Counted from the first letter of the stretch, positions 9,335 through 18,858 are shown. The stretch: DNA of 32,000 nt from Candidatus Thorarchaeota archaeon (GCA_008080745.1 SHMX01000010.1:40141-72140), one strand, 5' to 3'. The notes: a model not told the origin generated them from the sequence alone. Program-made: numbers and translations.

Positions 9335-10255
9335 CTACTTACAACCTTCCTCTATTCGTTTTTGGAATGCAATTCCTGAGAAACCGGGAAAATACCTATG
9401 AAATGTTGCAACACGCGCTTTAACAGATGTGGCAAAAGCCTGCTCTCTAACTGTCCTCGTAATTCCATTTAGTTCTGTCAGTGTATCTACTGCAAATAGC
9501 GCAAATATTTTTGGTTTAAGAGCAGAACAATATGAATCCCAAAATGCAATGGGATAGGTGTCTGTAAGCCACCTGATGATATCATCATAGTTCAGCTTTT
9601 GAATATCCGTGTCAATCTCAAGGATGAAGGGGATATCACTACCTGCTCCTAGTTTTAATGCAATGGTAAAATAGATTGCATTACTTTCTTCAATCTCTCT
9701 TACCACTCGTCTTGCCCTTTTTGCGGCAATACTTGTACGTTCTACTAGTTCTGTGATTGACATTCTGGGGTTATTAGAGAGCGTTTCTAGAACTTCACAG
9801 TGATATTGGGTCAGTTCCATTTTCCCCCCCTTTTGTCTTAGGATGGTATGAATCTCTATATCCCCAACTCCTTCAATACTACGGATATGATTTCTAAGAT
9901 TCAATATGTCTCTTGTTTCTTGATAGTCTGCAAAAAAATAGTACACTGCACCAGTATATGCTGCTGCGGCTTGTATTCCCGGAAACTCCCCTATTTCTTT
10001 AACCATCTGAACATCGTCTTGTGCTCCGTCAGTTTTAGCTAGCCCATATACTATCTCACAATCTGCCATAGCAATAGAGGGTCGAATGATGTATTCTCTG
10101 ATGACGCCGCTTTTTTCTAGATTTTTTATTCGGTTTTTAATGGCATTTGCTGTCAGACCATGTTTTTGAGATAGCTCTCTGTAAGTGCTTCTGCAATTTG
10201 CAGTAAGGTCCAGGAGAATTTGTTTATCAATAAGATCCAACATCATTCCTTCCAA
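9335..10255 (-). CDS. Double-domain Lrp/AsnC-family transcription regulator, copy 2 (tandem paralog)
   Basis: Collinear with 8331-9233 over its whole length (LDLIDKQILLDLTANCRSTYRELSQKHGLTANAIKNRI). Exact start uncertain between 10255 and 10240. Confidence 0.8.
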   Translation of the reverse strand: MEGMMLDLIDKQILLDLTANCRSTYRELSQKHGLTANAIKNRIKNLEKSGVIREYIIRPSIAMADCEIVYGLAKTDGAQDDVQMVKEIGEFPGIQAAAAYTGAVYYFFADYQETRDILNLRNHIRSIEGVGDIEIHTILRQKGGKMELTQYHCEVLETLSNNPRMSITELVERTSIAAKRARRVVREIEESNAIYFTIALKLGAGSDIPFILEIDTDIQKLNYDDIIRWLTDTYPIAFWDSYCSALKPKIFALFAVDTLTELNGITRTVREQAFATSVKARVATFHRYFPGFSGIAFQKRIEEGCK

Positions 10256-10365
10256 TTCTGATATGATCGAATTTGAAACTCGGCGTAAAGGTCACATATG
10301 CGTTTCCTGCTGCATCAACCTCTAATATGGTTGATATTATCTCTACCTTAAAGAGATGCTGAACA

Positions 10366-11343
10366 ATGAAACATCTTGAATATACTGTTCATCTTGTACC
10401 GAATCTCATCCAGCATACACTCGTTGGGATGGAAATTGGTCGTTTTCATGAGCTTGTAAATCCCAAATATACTGCAGAGTATGAGGACTGGATACCGTCT
10501 AAGCTGAAAAATCTACCAGATTTACAGAAAATTTCAGGTGTCAGTTCAACTACTTGGTTTGCTCTTCTGTATCAGATTCCTGCATATTTAGCGGAGGATA
10601 ACCTATCCTCACTACTGGATGTATACGATGCCCTTGCAGAAGTGGATACTATCCAGCTGATTCAACGATTTCCAGACAAGTATGAAATTATAGAACGGTT
10701 CATTCCAGCATCAAAATTCGATACTTATGTTGGTTATTCTGGTGCCCCTCCTGCACCCTGGCCATCAATAATCAGAAAGTTTGCAAATGCTGTTTCCCAT
10801 ACGTATGAAAGTCTCTATAGTATCAGATGGGAACGAATTCTTCCGGAGTTATTGGCAAAGGAAAAAATTCTTTCCGAAAAATACGTGAATCTCTTGGATT
10901 GGATTGACTGGTGGGAGCAACGGACCAATCTCGTATTTCCATACGATGTCTTCCAAATCGAGCTAATTGATCCAGTTCGTACAATGGGTACCTCAATTCT
11001 CGCAGACCGTGATGGATTTTATGCAGGAGCATCTCCTGAAAAGATATCGAATAACGTGTCCCATGAAATCGGTACTCATATCATGTACAATACTCATGCA
11101 ATATTGAGTGATGAGGCAGGCCCACAGATTGAAGAGAATCTCGAACGGTATTTACGAACTGTTGAAGTTCTATCTTGGGCATTGAATCGTGAGTTACACC
11201 AAGAACAACAATTAGATTGGACTATGGAAAATGCACTCCAATGGATTGAGACCCGTGACAAAGTTGCCGCCATAGCAGAAAAACACAGGGATGAATCATT
11301 TCTTCATGCTCTAGCTGAAGGATTTTCCCTAATGAAGGTATAA
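10366..11343 (+). CDS. Hypothetical protein, possible zinc metallopeptidase (HExxxH)
   Basis: SHEIGTH encoded at 11059-11079, with a downstream Glu in RTVEVLS as a candidate third ligand. Otherwise unrecognised. Confidence 0.5.
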   Translation: MKHLEYTVHLVPNLIQHTLVGMEIGRFHELVNPKYTAEYEDWIPSKLKNLPDLQKISGVSSTTWFALLYQIPAYLAEDNLSSLLDVYDALAEVDTIQLIQRFPDKYEIIERFIPASKFDTYVGYSGAPPAPWPSIIRKFANAVSHTYESLYSIRWERILPELLAKEKILSEKYVNLLDWIDWWEQRTNLVFPYDVFQIELIDPVRTMGTSILADRDGFYAGASPEKISNNVSHEIGTHIMYNTHAILSDEAGPQIEENLERYLRTVEVLSWALNRELHQEQQLDWTMENALQWIETRDKVAAIAEKHRDESFLHALAEGFSLMKV

Positions 11344-11455
11344 TCTTCAACTCAACACCTTCTCTCATTTAAGATATATTGTTTTGTTGGAACACGTGTT
11401 CTAAATTAACAAACATATATCTCATCTCAACAATGTTAGTTATTGAGGGATTTTC

Positions 11456-12217
11456 TTGTCTAGAGTATCAGTAGTACCGAGTCCATGGCACGATTTATTT
11501 GATGAAATGCTAGCAGAATCAAATCATCTTGACTTTGCTTCTCCATTTATCACCCGGTCCGGTGTTGAGTATATCATTCAACATGATATCAACGTAAGGG
11601 GAGTTACTGTTCTTAGTCCCCCTTATTTTGTGAAGCAAGCGTCGGATATTGATGCCATTGAGGAACTGCTTGATTTTGGTGCCAATATGCATTCTTTAGC
11701 TGGTCTCCATGCAAAGATTTACCTTTTTGACAATCATGCCATTGTGACCTCTGCCAATCTAACTTCTGGTGGACTCTTTAGAAACAAAGAATATGGGATA
11801 TTACTTTCCGATGCTGATATTCTGGAACAGATTCGTACTGATTTCTCTAGAATGCTAAATGATAGTGCAAGTATTGATTTGGACTCGGTAGCGTTTATCA
11901 GACGATTGATGGATCGAATACCACCAGAAACTCAAGAATATCTGACTAAAGTTGAAGATAATGTATTCATCAAACAGGAAGTTGTTATCGATTCTCTTGT
12001 TGGTTGGAACAAAGAGGTCTACAAAATAATAAGCGCCTTCTCTAGGGAAGTTTTTGCATTAGAGGACCTCTACGATTTCAAAGACCACTTCTCAAAACTC
12101 TATCCTGCCAATAAGCATATTGAGGAAAAAATACGCCAGATTTTGCAGCATCTTCGTGACTTTGGATTGATTGAGTTTTGTAATGAACCAGGCACATACA
12201 AACGACTGGTTCAGTAA
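11456..12217 (+). CDS. PLD (HKD) nuclease fused to a DpnI-type C-terminal winged-helix domain; candidate m6A-dependent type IV restriction endonuclease
   Basis: HAKIYLFD (HxKx4D) plus TSANLTSGGL..N.EYG in the N-terminal half. C-terminal LYPANKHIEEKIRQILQHLRDFGLIEF..PGTY matches the DpnI C-terminal wH consensus as I recall it. Confidence 0.75.
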   Translation: MSRVSVVPSPWHDLFDEMLAESNHLDFASPFITRSGVEYIIQHDINVRGVTVLSPPYFVKQASDIDAIEELLDFGANMHSLAGLHAKIYLFDNHAIVTSANLTSGGLFRNKEYGILLSDADILEQIRTDFSRMLNDSASIDLDSVAFIRRLMDRIPPETQEYLTKVEDNVFIKQEVVIDSLVGWNKEVYKIISAFSREVFALEDLYDFKDHFSKLYPANKHIEEKIRQILQHLRDFGLIEFCNEPGTYKRLVQ

Positions 12218-12261
12218 TGCATAAATCAAAGCCACATCACCTTGTTTCTGGATGTGGTTCC

Positions 12262-14280
12262 ATGAAAATCGATGTTTCAAAAGCGATGAAGATCAAGCTC
12301 TCTGATGAGCTACCTCCTTATCCAGAGTTCGATCCGCAATATCGTCGTGCTCCTGATAGAGGATACACCCTGACAGAATCTGAAACTGTTACCGCTGTGA
12401 AGAATGCTCTACGGTATGTTCCAGACTCACTCCATGAAACTCTAGCTCCTGAGTTTCTCGAAGAACTGATGAATCGTGGGAGAATTTATGCATACAGGTA
12501 TCGTCCCTCTGGTGCAATAAAAGCTAAGCCTGTTGATGAGTATAATGGTATTCTTGAGGCTCGGGCTATTCAGCTGATGATTGACAATAATCTCGATTTC
12601 GACATCGCTCTATATCCTTACGAGGCTGTGACGTATGGGGAAACGGGACAAGTTTTCCAAAATTGGTTAGAATATCATTTGATAAAGAAATATCTTGAAA
12701 ACATGACCGAAGAACAGACTTTGGTTGTAAGTTCTGGTCATCCATTGGGATTATTTCCGACAAAACGAGATGCACCTCGTGTGATATCTACTAATGGTCT
12801 AATGATTGGTATGTTTGATACACCAGACGATTTTCATTGGGCCACTCAGATGGGTGCAGCAAATTATGGACAAATGACAGCAGGTGGCTGGATGTATATT
12901 GGACCGCAGGGGATTGTTCATGGTACTTACATCACGCTCTTGAATGCAGGTAGGCAATATCTCGGTCTTCCTGAGGATCAAGACCTGAGTGGAATAGTAT
13001 ACCTCACATCTGGTCTTGGTGGTATGAGTGGAGCACAGGCAAAAGCTGTTGAGATAGCGGGTGGCATAGGAATCATTGCGGAAGTAGATAAGAGCAGAAT
13101 CGATACCCGTTACGAGCAAGGTTGGCTCTCTCGTTGGTCGGACGATCTTGATCAAATATTTGAATGGGTAGATGGGTATCGGGAGACTGGTGAATCGGTT
13201 TCGATTGGCTATTATGGCAATGTGGTCGACCTCTGGCAATATGTGGTGGACAATGACATCAAAATAGAATTAGCATCGGATCAGACTTCATGTCATGCTG
13301 TATATGAGGGTGGATATACTCCTCAAGGAATCACATTTGAAGAGGGACGGAAACTACTCAAATCTGACCGTAAAAAGTTCCACAAGCTTGTTGATGCATC
13401 TCTCCGCAATCAAATCGAACTTATCGAGTTCATGTCCGAACGTGGCACCTTTTTCTGGGATTATGGTAATAGCTTTCTGAAGGCAGTCTTTGATACGGGT
13501 GTAAAACGAATTGCAAAGAACGGTGAGAACACGAATGATGGCTTTATCTTTCCATCATATGTTGAGGATATTATGGGTCCCGTGTGTTTCGATTATGGAT
13601 ACGGCCCCTTCCGATGGGTCTGCCTAAGTGGAAAACCTGATGATTTGACTCTCACTGACCAGACTGCAATGGCATGCATCGATCCAGATAGACGCGGACA
13701 AGACCGTGATAACTATGTCTGGATTCGTGACGCTGAGAAGAACAAGCTAGTTGTGGGTTCTCAAGCCCGAATCCTCTATGCGGATGCTCAGGGACGAGTA
13801 AAAATAGCTTTGGAGTTCAACAGACTGGTACGAGAAGATAGAGTTGGTCCTATCATGCTGGGAAGAGATCATCATGATACTGGTGGTACCGACTCGCCAT
13901 TTCGTGAGACCGCAAATATCTATGATGGTAGTAATGTGACTAGTGACATGGCACATCAGTGTTGGGCTGGAAATACTGCACGGGGTATGACTCTGTGTGT
14001 ACTCTCAAATGGTGGTGGTGTTGGCACTGGTAAGGCAATCAATGGAGGATTTGGATTGGTTCTTGATGGTAGCGAACGTGTGGATACAATAATCCGTTCT
14101 GCTATTGATTGGGATGTTATGGGCGGTGTGGCAAGGAGATCCTGGGCACGAAATGAACATGCTATTGAAACTGTAGTTGAATGGAATAAACTCATGGACG
14201 GTAAGGGACAGATTACTCTTCCTTTCATTCCCAAGGAATCATTGATAGAAGATCTTGTTCGTGAGGCTTTGAAGAAATAA
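12262..14280 (+). CDS. hutU: Urocanate hydratase, long form (about 672 aa)
   Basis: YGQMTAGGWMYIGPQGIVHGT, SGLGGMSGAQ, SDQTSCH, WDYGN, GYGPFRW, GSQARI, GRDHHD, NGGGVG. Start ATG 12262 preferred; ATG 12217 possible. Confidence 0.95.
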   Translation: MKIDVSKAMKIKLSDELPPYPEFDPQYRRAPDRGYTLTESETVTAVKNALRYVPDSLHETLAPEFLEELMNRGRIYAYRYRPSGAIKAKPVDEYNGILEARAIQLMIDNNLDFDIALYPYEAVTYGETGQVFQNWLEYHLIKKYLENMTEEQTLVVSSGHPLGLFPTKRDAPRVISTNGLMIGMFDTPDDFHWATQMGAANYGQMTAGGWMYIGPQGIVHGTYITLLNAGRQYLGLPEDQDLSGIVYLTSGLGGMSGAQAKAVEIAGGIGIIAEVDKSRIDTRYEQGWLSRWSDDLDQIFEWVDGYRETGESVSIGYYGNVVDLWQYVVDNDIKIELASDQTSCHAVYEGGYTPQGITFEEGRKLLKSDRKKFHKLVDASLRNQIELIEFMSERGTFFWDYGNSFLKAVFDTGVKRIAKNGENTNDGFIFPSYVEDIMGPVCFDYGYGPFRWVCLSGKPDDLTLTDQTAMACIDPDRRGQDRDNYVWIRDAEKNKLVVGSQARILYADAQGRVKIALEFNRLVREDRVGPIMLGRDHHDTGGTDSPFRETANIYDGSNVTSDMAHQCWAGNTARGMTLCVLSNGGGVGTGKAINGGFGLVLDGSERVDTIIRSAIDWDVMGGVARRSWARNEHAIETVVEWNKLMDGKGQITLPFIPKESLIEDLVREALKK

Positions 14281-14305
14281 TTCATCGTGGCTCTGGGTAC
14301 AGAGC

Positions 14306-14764
14306 CTACCTCTTCTTTTTACATAGTGCATAATCCAGTACTCCAGTATGCATAATGATTTTCCATTCGTTTCCTGTTTTTGTATAGACCTTACAAACTC
14401 TTCCTAACCAATGTTGTTTGGTACCTTCTGAATCAATCCATAGTGTGTCAATATCAACCACCGCAAAAGCTCCATCTCCTTCTTTTGAAATCTCAATCTT
14501 CTGTGTTTTCCTTCTATTATGGACTAATCGATGACTATCAAAGAGCTCCTTCCAAATATATCTCCAACGGGAATAATTGAATCTCCCCATCTCAAACGAC
14601 CAATCCATTGGATCATGTGCTGATGGATTTTTGGGCCAGGGCCATACCATGTCTGGATGCCATAGCGACATAAGTATAGAAAGATCTTTGGTATCCCATG
14701 CTTTAGTTTCTCTGTCAATCATATCCTGAATCTCTCTTTCAATGTCAGCATAATTCACGGTCAT
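14306..14764 (-). CDS. NTF2-like (SnoaL/DUF4440) protein
   Basis: ETKAWDTKD..LMSLWHPD, GAFAVVDIDT, KVYTK...WKIIMH. Confidence 0.7.
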   Translation of the reverse strand: MTVNYADIEREIQDMIDRETKAWDTKDLSILMSLWHPDMVWPWPKNPSAHDPMDWSFEMGRFNYSRWRYIWKELFDSHRLVHNRRKTQKIEISKEGDGAFAVVDIDTLWIDSEGTKQHWLGRVCKVYTKTGNEWKIIMHTGVLDYALCKKKR

Positions 14765-14780
14765 TTCCTTTTTTCCTCAT

Positions 14781-15443
14781 TCACTGATTATCTGTAATTT
14801 TTGCAATAGTTTCCCGTGAATATCTATCTGCAAGCAGTAACGGTATAGGTCCAAATTTGTTTGAGACCATGCGTACAATGCTAACAGCTGTTGGGAGAGA
14901 AATTCTATGACCTATAGAAACAATCAACGGTTTGCTTTTTCTTTCGATCCAGACTGCCATACCCAATATCTCCTTCTTTTCTTTACTGGTTATAGGTGCG
15001 GTGTTACCTTCTCTGGTCCCAATTATACCAATATGTAGATTCTTAGCCACTCCAATAGTTTGTCTATCCAATTCGACTCCAATCTGCGAAGCTATACCTA
15101 ACCTCCGTGGATGAAGCATACCATTTGCATCAATCATTATTGGGCCTGTATCATCTATATCAGCTAAAATCTGTTTGAGCAATGGTCCTTCTTTGAGATA
15201 AAAACATCCCGAAATATATGGGACCTTTGTTTCTAGAACCTGTTTTTCTATTCTGGTGATTTTTAGTTTGTCACTATCAATGGTGACTAGACAGACTACA
15301 GCAAGGTTTTCACGATATGTCACATCGATACCAGTCACAGGCCCTCTAGTAAATTCCGGCATATCTTCCGTCACCACATATTTTGCCAGTTGTTCTTGCT
15401 GTGCCTTGAACGTTTTTAGCATCTCTTCGGGATAACTCTTCAC
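14781..15443 (-). CDS. nfi: Endonuclease V (deoxyinosine 3' endonuclease)
   Basis: GIDV (catalytic Asp), PYISG..YLKE, IDANGMLHPRRLGIAS..G, TIGVAK, PLIVSIGHRISL. Confidence 0.88.
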   Translation of the reverse strand: MKSYPEEMLKTFKAQQEQLAKYVVTEDMPEFTRGPVTGIDVTYRENLAVVCLVTIDSDKLKITRIEKQVLETKVPYISGCFYLKEGPLLKQILADIDDTGPIMIDANGMLHPRRLGIASQIGVELDRQTIGVAKNLHIGIIGTREGNTAPITSKEKKEILGMAVWIERKSKPLIVSIGHRISLPTAVSIVRMVSNKFGPIPLLLADRYSRETIAKITDNQ

Positions 15444-15552
15444 CTTTTATTACTCTCCGATGTGCATTGTCGTTTTCCGATAATTACTAAAGCCTTACAC
15501 CTTCAATTTCTCGTGAGAGAACTATCAATGTTCTCCTTTACCTTTCAATGAG

Positions 15553-17094
15553 ATGAATTTCATGACCTTGGAGATTGACGGCGAAACCCTCTCAATTGAG
15601 GATATAGTTCGAGTGGCTAGAGATAGGCAGAAAGTAGTACTTCCAGAATCAACTCGAGAAAAGATTATTCGAAGTCGTGAAGTCATCGAAAAAGCTCTGA
15701 AAGAAGACCGTACTGTCTACGGAGTCAATACTGGATTTGGCGACCTAGCATCAGTCAGTATAGGTCGAGATGATCTTGAAAAACTCCAAGTGAACTTAAT
15801 TCGCAGTCATGCGGCAGGTGTTGGACCTCTTTTTCATCACGATATTGTACGTGGAATGATGCTATTACGTGCCAATGCATTGGCAAAAGGGTTCTCTGGC
15901 ATCCGTGAAACTGTTGTTCAGACACTCCTAGATATGCTTAACAAATCAGTAATACCTCTGGTTCCTCAACAGGGGTCAGTTGGATCCAGTGGGGACCTAG
16001 CACCTCTTGCTCACATGGCTCTTGTACTCATTGGTGAGGGTGATGCTTTCTATGATGGGGAGATGCTTACTGGGAAGGAGGCGATGAAACGAGCTGAAAT
16101 CGCTCCCATCACTCTAGGAGCAAAAGAGGGCGTTGCCCTCATCAATGGAACACAACCAATGACTGCGTTGGGTGCATTGACTACATACGACTCTCTCAAT
16201 CTTGTCAAGGATGTAGTGATTGCCGCTGCTATGAGCTTGGAGGCATTGCGTGGTACACGTACTGCATTTGACCAACGAATTCATCAAATTAGACCGCATA
16301 CTGGACAGATAGATGTAGCAAAAGCAATGTCATCAATTCTCACTGATAGTGAGATAAATCAGTCTCATGCAGACTGTGGGAAAGTCCAAGATGCTTACTC
16401 GCTGAGGTGTATTCCTCAAGTCTTAGGTGCTTCACTTGATACAATGAGATATGCTAAAAGTATCATCGAAGTTGAGATCAATGCTGCAACAGACAATCCA
16501 CTTGTTTTTCCAAACGAAGGTGATGTTGTCTCCGGTGGCAACTTTCATGGCCAGCCTATTGCTCTAATTATGGATTTCCTGGGTATTGCACTCTCGGAAC
16601 TAGCTAATATGTCGGAACGAAGAGTCAATCGTTTGGTGAACCCTGATCTCAGCGGTCTTCCAGCTTTTCTCACCACAGAGAGTGGACTAGAGTCAGGGTT
16701 GATGATTGCTCAATATACCGCAGCTGCATTGGTGTCGGAGAACAAGACTTTGGCGCATCCTGCAAGTGTTGATTCGATTCCGACTAGCGCTGACCAAGAA
16801 GACCATGTTAGTATGGGTACCATAGCATCCAGAAAGGCATCTCAGATTCTTGAGAATGTTCGTAATGTCATAGCAATTGAATACCTTTGTGCTGCTCAAG
16901 GTTTGAATCTACTTCAACCCCTACAACCATCCACGGCTCTCAAATCTGCACATGAAATGATACGAAGTATTGTACCTCCCCTTGAAGAAGACCGAATCAT
17001 TTCAAAAGACATCCACAAGATTCGTGAAATCATGGACTCGGGACAAATTATAGAAAAGGTTGAACAGGTCACTGGACCGTTATTTGAAATATGA
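15553..17094 (+). CDS. hutH: Histidine ammonia-lyase
   Basis: VYGVNTGFG, NLIRSHAAGVG (HAL-specific His), GSVGSSGDLAPL (MIO loop), KEGVALINGT, VQDAYSLRC, TDNP, GGNFHG, QEDHVSMG. Lies between hutU and hutI. Confidence 0.95.
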   Translation: MNFMTLEIDGETLSIEDIVRVARDRQKVVLPESTREKIIRSREVIEKALKEDRTVYGVNTGFGDLASVSIGRDDLEKLQVNLIRSHAAGVGPLFHHDIVRGMMLLRANALAKGFSGIRETVVQTLLDMLNKSVIPLVPQQGSVGSSGDLAPLAHMALVLIGEGDAFYDGEMLTGKEAMKRAEIAPITLGAKEGVALINGTQPMTALGALTTYDSLNLVKDVVIAAAMSLEALRGTRTAFDQRIHQIRPHTGQIDVAKAMSSILTDSEINQSHADCGKVQDAYSLRCIPQVLGASLDTMRYAKSIIEVEINAATDNPLVFPNEGDVVSGGNFHGQPIALIMDFLGIALSELANMSERRVNRLVNPDLSGLPAFLTTESGLESGLMIAQYTAAALVSENKTLAHPASVDSIPTSADQEDHVSMGTIASRKASQILENVRNVIAIEYLCAAQGLNLLQPLQPSTALKSAHEMIRSIVPPLEEDRIISKDIHKIREIMDSGQIIEKVEQVTGPLFEI

Positions 17095-17151
17095 ATCAAT
17101 CAATGCTTAGCTTTATCATTGTAGATAGTCTATCATGCAAAGGACATGTGA

Positions 17152-17604
17152 TTGGTGACCTTATTGGATGACCTTACTAGAGCTATGGAAGAATACCTTG
17201 AGATTATATTTGAACTTGAATCTGAATTTGGTGAAGCGACCGTTACTGCTATTGCTGGAAAGAAAGGTGTTCGGGCACCCAGTGTAACTCATGTCCTAAA
17301 GCGACTGAGTGATAGTGGTTTCATCTTCTATGAGCCATACAAGGCTGTTCAGCTCACTGAAGAAGGACTAAAAATAGCGAAAAGGCTGGATAGGATTCAC
17401 AAGACATTGAAATGGTTCTTTACACTCATTGGTATTCCTTCTGATGTCGCTGACGCAGATGCTTGTGAGTTTGAACATATTGCTCATGATGATACTATAG
17501 AGAAACTCACAGAATTTGTGGAGTGGGTGAAAAGCACGCAAGATCCTGAATGGCTTGAGCGCTTTCGCCAGTTTCAAGAAAGTGGTGGAAAATCAGGGGC
17601 CTAA
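17152..17604 (+). CDS. DtxR/MntR-family metal-dependent regulator without FeoA domain
   Basis: MEEYL, PSVT..LKRL...G.I.YEPY, LTEEG, H..L, DACEFEH. Start uncertain (17152, 17155, 17164 or 17185). 12-bp tail-to-tail overlap with hutI. Confidence 0.85.
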   Translation: MVTLLDDLTRAMEEYLEIIFELESEFGEATVTAIAGKKGVRAPSVTHVLKRLSDSGFIFYEPYKAVQLTEEGLKIAKRLDRIHKTLKWFFTLIGIPSDVADADACEFEHIAHDDTIEKLTEFVEWVKSTQDPEWLERFRQFQESGGKSGA

Positions 17605-18858
17605 TTTTGTGTGAACCACTTCTCCATTGACTATTACAGTGTGTACTAGGTTTACTGCGAAACGATATGCAAGAAATTCTGGGTTGGGACACTCAAGAAT
17701 TATGATGTCTGCACGTTTACCCGGTTCGATACTACCTAATTCTTTCCCTCTATCTAATGCGTGGGCAGCATTAATGGTCGATGCTGTGATGGCTTCTCTA
17801 GGATGCATCTTCATCTTGTAACATGCAAGAGCTATTGTAAAGAACATAGATTCATTCGTACAATTGGGATTAAAATCGGTTGCAAGTGCTACTGGTAATC
17901 CCATTGCTATCATCTTTCTTGCATCCGCGTAATCGGTATCAAGGCTGAATGCAGTTGCTGGTAGAAGCGTTGCTATGGTTCCAGCTTTTTTCATTGCTTC
18001 TAATCCCTCATCAGAGGCTTGAAGTAGATGGTCTGCAGATATTGCATTCAATTCTCCTGCTAGCTCTGCACCTCCTAATTGGACTATCTCATCCGCGTGC
18101 AGCTTGATTTTCATACCCTCTTTTCTTGCAGCTTGAAGAATGCTTCGAGATTGTTCCACATCAAATACCCCCTCCTCACAAAAAACATCACAGAATTCAG
18201 CCAGTGAATCCTTTGCAACTGCAGGAATCATCTCGTCAATAACAAGGTCCACATACTTCTCGGTCTTTCCTTTGTATTCTGGAGGAATCGCGTGAGCGCC
18301 CATAAAAGTCGATATTATCGAAGATGGTATTCTTGATTGTAATTCTTTAAGTGCCCGAAGCATTTTGACCTCGTCCTCAACATTAAGGCCATATCCACTC
18401 TTTGCTTCGATGGTGGTAGTCCCCTGGGCAAGCATATTATCTGCATAGGAGAACGCATTACTACATAGTTCTCCTTGTTTTGCCTCTCGAGTTGCTCGTA
18501 ATGTATTGAGGATTCCACCCCCCGCTTCTAGAATCTCCATGTATGTTCTTCCCTCCAGTTTCATGGCAAAGTCCTTCTCACGAGACCCTCCAAAGACTAG
18601 GTGTGTATGGCTATCTACAAAACCAGGTACCGCCAACATGTCTGGAAATTCGATTGCTGGAAGTATTGGCTCTTCTGAAACCTGTGAAAGAACCTCCTTT
18701 GTTGAGCCAACAGCAAGAATTTTCCCATCTTTTATTGCGATGGCTCCATCTTCTATGATTGATAGCTCCTTCATTTCTTCTCTGGTCTTTGGCTCATCAG
18801 AATGCCCCTCTAGTGTAGCTAGTTGACCAATGTGAGTTAGCAGAATGTCAGGTTTCAT
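17593..18858 (-). CDS. hutI: Imidazolonepropionase
   Basis: PGFVDSHTHLVFGGSR, GGGILNT, GTTTIEAKSGYGL, GAHA, DVFCE, KLHADE, SADHL, LATDFNP. Start ATG 18858 or 18870. Confidence 0.95.
   Translation of the reverse strand: MKPDILLTHIGQLATLEGHSDEPKTREEMKELSIIEDGAIAIKDGKILAVGSTKEVLSQVSEEPILPAIEFPDMLAVPGFVDSHTHLVFGGSREKDFAMKLEGRTYMEILEAGGGILNTLRATREAKQGELCSNAFSYADNMLAQGTTTIEAKSGYGLNVEDEVKMLRALKELQSRIPSSIISTFMGAHAIPPEYKGKTEKYVDLVIDEMIPAVAKDSLAEFCDVFCEEGVFDVEQSRSILQAARKEGMKIKLHADEIVQLGGAELAGELNAISADHLLQASDEGLEAMKKAGTIATLLPATAFSLDTDYADARKMIAMGLPVALATDFNPNCTNESMFFTIALACYKMKMHPREAITASTINAAHALDRGKELGSIEPGKRADIIILECPNPEFLAYRFAVNLVHTVIVNGEVVHTKLGP

Noticed and set aside
14781-15552. Functional link between EndoV and histidine catabolism
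   Set aside because: Only adjacency; different strand from hutU and hutH, and no known biochemical connection.
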